DNA from: Candidatus Poribacteria bacterium
GTDB taxonomy: Bacteria > Poribacteria > WGA-4E > WGA-3G
Direction of reading: 5' to 3'
DNA: 64,000 nucleotides
NCBI GenBank assembly: GCA_965242965.1
Contig: OZ251518.1
Coordinates: 2,208,001-2,272,000 of the forward strand
Below are positions 60,195 to 64,000 of this stretch, in pieces. The notes beneath the pieces were generated by a model that was not told where the DNA came from, ran no database searches, and worked only from the letters and a program-made list of their open reading frames with translations. Each line of letters begins with the position of its first letter. Within the stretch, counting starts at the first letter, position 1. The translations under genes were made by a program, and so were the position numbers.

Positions 60195-60530
60195 ATGCGT
60201 AATGCACAACCGCGAAAACTGCGCACCTTCTATACACGAGATGGACGCGCGCCATTCACCGAATGGTTTAAAGCCATTCGCGACAGAACCACCCGAAGGC
60301 GGATTAATTCCCGGCTGAATTCCGTTAAATCTGGAAACTTGGGGGATGTCAGAGCGGTTGGGGAAGGGGTTCAGGAACTGCGCTTGCACTTCGGCGAAGG
60401 CTATCGCATCTATTTTCGTGAAGTCGGAAACACAATTATCCTGCTGCTGTGTGGCGGGGACAAATCGTCGCAGTCCAGGGATATTGAGCGAGCCAAGACT
60501 TATTGGCGTGAATACAAGGAGAGACACTGA
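60195..60530 (+). CDS. Type II TA toxin, RelE/ParE superfamily (addiction module killer)
   Basis: GNLGD..VGEGVQELRLHFGEGYRIYF..LLCGGDKSSQSRDI. Confidence 0.9.
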   Translation: MRNAQPRKLRTFYTRDGRAPFTEWFKAIRDRTTRRRINSRLNSVKSGNLGDVRAVGEGVQELRLHFGEGYRIYFREVGNTIILLLCGGDKSSQSRDIERAKTYWREYKERH

Positions 60531-60967
60531 TGAGTGACACACTAGATTTGAACGACACGCTAGATTTGAGCGACACCGGAGATTGGCACGAATACCTTGT
60601 TGAACAACTTACCGACCGGGAGGAAGCGATCGGCTTTCTCCACGCGGTCATGGAAGACTTCCAACTCTTCGGCAATACTCTTGCTGTGATGTCCGCAATT
60701 GAGAGCGTCGTTGAGGCACAAGGAGGCATTGCCGCGCTTGCAAAGCAAACCGGTGTAGCCCCGCAAACTTTCTTGGATGTGTTAGTCAGCGACGAAGCGC
60801 ACCACTGCCTCAGCACGCTTCAGACGCTGCTGAACACATTCGGATGTCGGATTTCTATTGAGCCGCTAAGGCAGTTTGAAACAGAGGCGGAAACCTCTCC
60901 CGTGTTAGGCACATCCGTAACCGAGGGAGGGCATCTGGCTGTCGCAGCGGAAAGTCCCGTCCCTTAG
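60530..60967 (+). CDS. HTH antitoxin (addiction module antidote)
   Basis: TGATG overlap with the toxin; VEAQGGIAALAKQTGV HTH-like segment. Confidence 0.8.
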   Translation: MSDTLDLNDTLDLSDTGDWHEYLVEQLTDREEAIGFLHAVMEDFQLFGNTLAVMSAIESVVEAQGGIAALAKQTGVAPQTFLDVLVSDEAHHCLSTLQTLLNTFGCRISIEPLRQFETEAETSPVLGTSVTEGGHLAVAAESPVP

Positions 60968-60970
60968 GCC

Positions 60971-61094
60971 CGTAGCGCGGGGGCCTGTCCCCCGCGATCG
61001 CTGCATGGCGAGGGACAGGCCCTCGCCCTACGATGAAGGGTGACGTTTTTTCCCGTAGCGCGGGGGCCTGTCCCCCGCGATCATGAATGGCGAG
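60971..61094. repeat. REP doublets
   Basis: Two GTAGCGCGGGGGCCTGTCCCCCGCG / GGCGAGGGACAGGCCCTCGCCCTAC pairs (second pair continues to about 61113). Confidence 0.88.
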
Positions 61095-61299
61095 GGACAG
61101 GCCCTCGCCCTACGGTTCAAAAGACTGTTTTAACGTTTCAAAAAACTGTCTACAGAAGACATCGCCTAGCAAAATAGGCATGCCATTTTGGCACACATAT
61201 CCCTCATTCGCCTGCCAATGCGTCAAATTGTCACACTTCTACGCCTGCCAGAATGTCACCATTTTTGCGAAGACTGCGTGTTTACACAGGTTTCCCGAA

Positions 61300-61316
61300 T
61301 TGGCACGGATTTTGCT
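61300..61316 (+). promoter_or_regulatory. sigma54 (-24/-12) promoter for groESL
   Basis: TTGGCACGGATTTTGCT matches TGGCAC-N5-TTGCW exactly. Confidence 0.75.
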
Positions 61317-61415
61317 ATATACTTAATTGTGTTATGCGGGTGCCACAACCACGCACCCGATATTTTTGTCAACGTGCTTTGCCAGCACATCCTACATAAG
61401 GAGGAATCGAAAACA

Positions 61416-61706
61416 ATGGCACTTGTACCTCTTGGCGATCGCATTCTCGTCAAACGGTCTGAAGAAGATGAACAGACTACCAGCGGGGGGATTATCATCC
61501 CGGACACCGCAAAGGAAAAACCGCAGGAAGGCGAAGTCGTCGCCGTTGGAAACGGCCGGCTGCTAGACAGCGGTGAGCGTCAAGCCGTTGATGTCACCAT
61601 CGGTGACCTGGTGCTTTTCGCCAAATATGGCGGCACCGAGGTAACTTACGATGGGACGGAGTATCTGATCTTGCGCGAGGATGACATCCTGGCCAAGGTG
61701 AGTTAA
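61416..61706 (+). CDS. groES: Co-chaperonin GroES
   Basis: [27 protein letters not shown]; AAGGAGG RBS. Confidence 0.98.
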   Translation: MALVPLGDRILVKRSEEDEQTTSGGIIIPDTAKEKPQEGEVVAVGNGRLLDSGERQAVDVTIGDLVLFAKYGGTEVTYDGTEYLILREDDILAKVS

Positions 61707-61766
61707 GCACCGCGGTCTTCATTGCGCGCAACCGCGCGCAGGCAGATCGCCCAATTGATTCTCTGA

Positions 61767-63437
<1,671 letters not shown>

Positions 63438-63525
63438 AGCGAATGCCATCATTCGCTGTCCCGTAGGCGTGGTTTCCAACCGCGCCTACGGCGTTCATTC
63501 TACGTAGAAAATAGGACACTTCATC

Positions 63526-64000
63526 ATGGAACATCAAAAGGAGCTCTGGGCACTCTATCACATGCTCGGACAGACAGCAGAACTCACAGAAGAGCCGGCT
63601 CTTGAAGGCGGCGAATCCCGATGCATTGCGCAATTCAACAACGCGCTGGCGCGGTTGCAAACTCTCAATGCGGTGCCGGGGGGACTCTTTGACGAACTAC
63701 CAGCAGATGCCACTCTCGCCGACATCAGTTTCGCGTGTCGGCAACTCGCCGCGTTCCTCGCGCCGAACCTCACCAAAGAAGCGGAACCGGAAACCGCTAC
63801 ATTCCAATGGCCCGAGTGGATTCGCGCCTTGAAGAAAGACGTGCTTTCGGTTGACAAAGCCGCGGAGATCATCGCCGGATTGGGTATCCCTGGGCTCGTC
63901 TTGCTTGTCGCAACGTCAGCGGCAGGCGTAGCGGGTGCGGCAGGTGTTACCGCCGGTTTAGTAGCCCTCGGCCCGGGCGGCGTGCTTGGCGGAGTCGCTA
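63526..64000 (+). CDS. Hypothetical protein, partial, with Gly/Ala-rich hydrophobic segment
   Basis: Open frame from ATG 63526 to window end: MEHQKELWALY..GLGIPGLVLLVATSAAGVAGAAGVTAGLVALGPGG. Confidence 0.65.
   Translation, partial: MEHQKELWALYHMLGQTAELTEEPALEGGESRCIAQFNNALARLQTLNAVPGGLFDELPADATLADISFACRQLAAFLAPNLTKEAEPETATFQWPEWIRALKKDVLSVDKAAEIIAGLGIPGLVLLVATSAAGVAGAAGVTAGLVALGPGGVLGGVA

Noticed and set aside
61188-61415. N-terminally extended GroES
   Set aside because: Extension covers the promoter region; strong RBS precedes ATG 61416

Overview
Bacterial chromosomal window, probably Candidatus Poribacteria (inferred from a LamG protein with a C-terminal V-x-P-x-x-KL-x-T-x-W-x-x-LK motif, a UBact proteasome operon and a DUF1501 cluster). 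Left to right: partial uracil-DNA glycosylase; a translation/envelope operon (rpsB-tsf-frr-cdsA-dxr-rseP, lacking pyrH and uppS, with a 107-bp MITE-like element at the pyrH position); a 1496-aa secreted lamin-tail/Ig-like protein with a ~670-nt structured leader; hydrolases, a subtilase, a lipid kinase and an acyl-CoA ligase; a translationally coupled five-gene island (small ORF, PIN, tandem wHTH-like, P-loop ATPase, TGT-fold enzyme), the best candidate for an undescribed defence or base-modification system; a UBact-proteasome operon (arc-dop-ubact-prcB-prcA-pafA) split by a Type IIG-like RM gene; an Rpn nuclease with an extra orphan copy of its internal-antitoxin segment; a DUF1501/WD40/di-haem PPC cluster; tricorn protease; a type II TA pair; and groESL behind a sigma54-type promoter. 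Intergenic DNA is full of GTAG-led REP-like palindromes, and copies also sit in frame inside at least eight proteins. All calls come from reading motifs by eye; no database searches were run.
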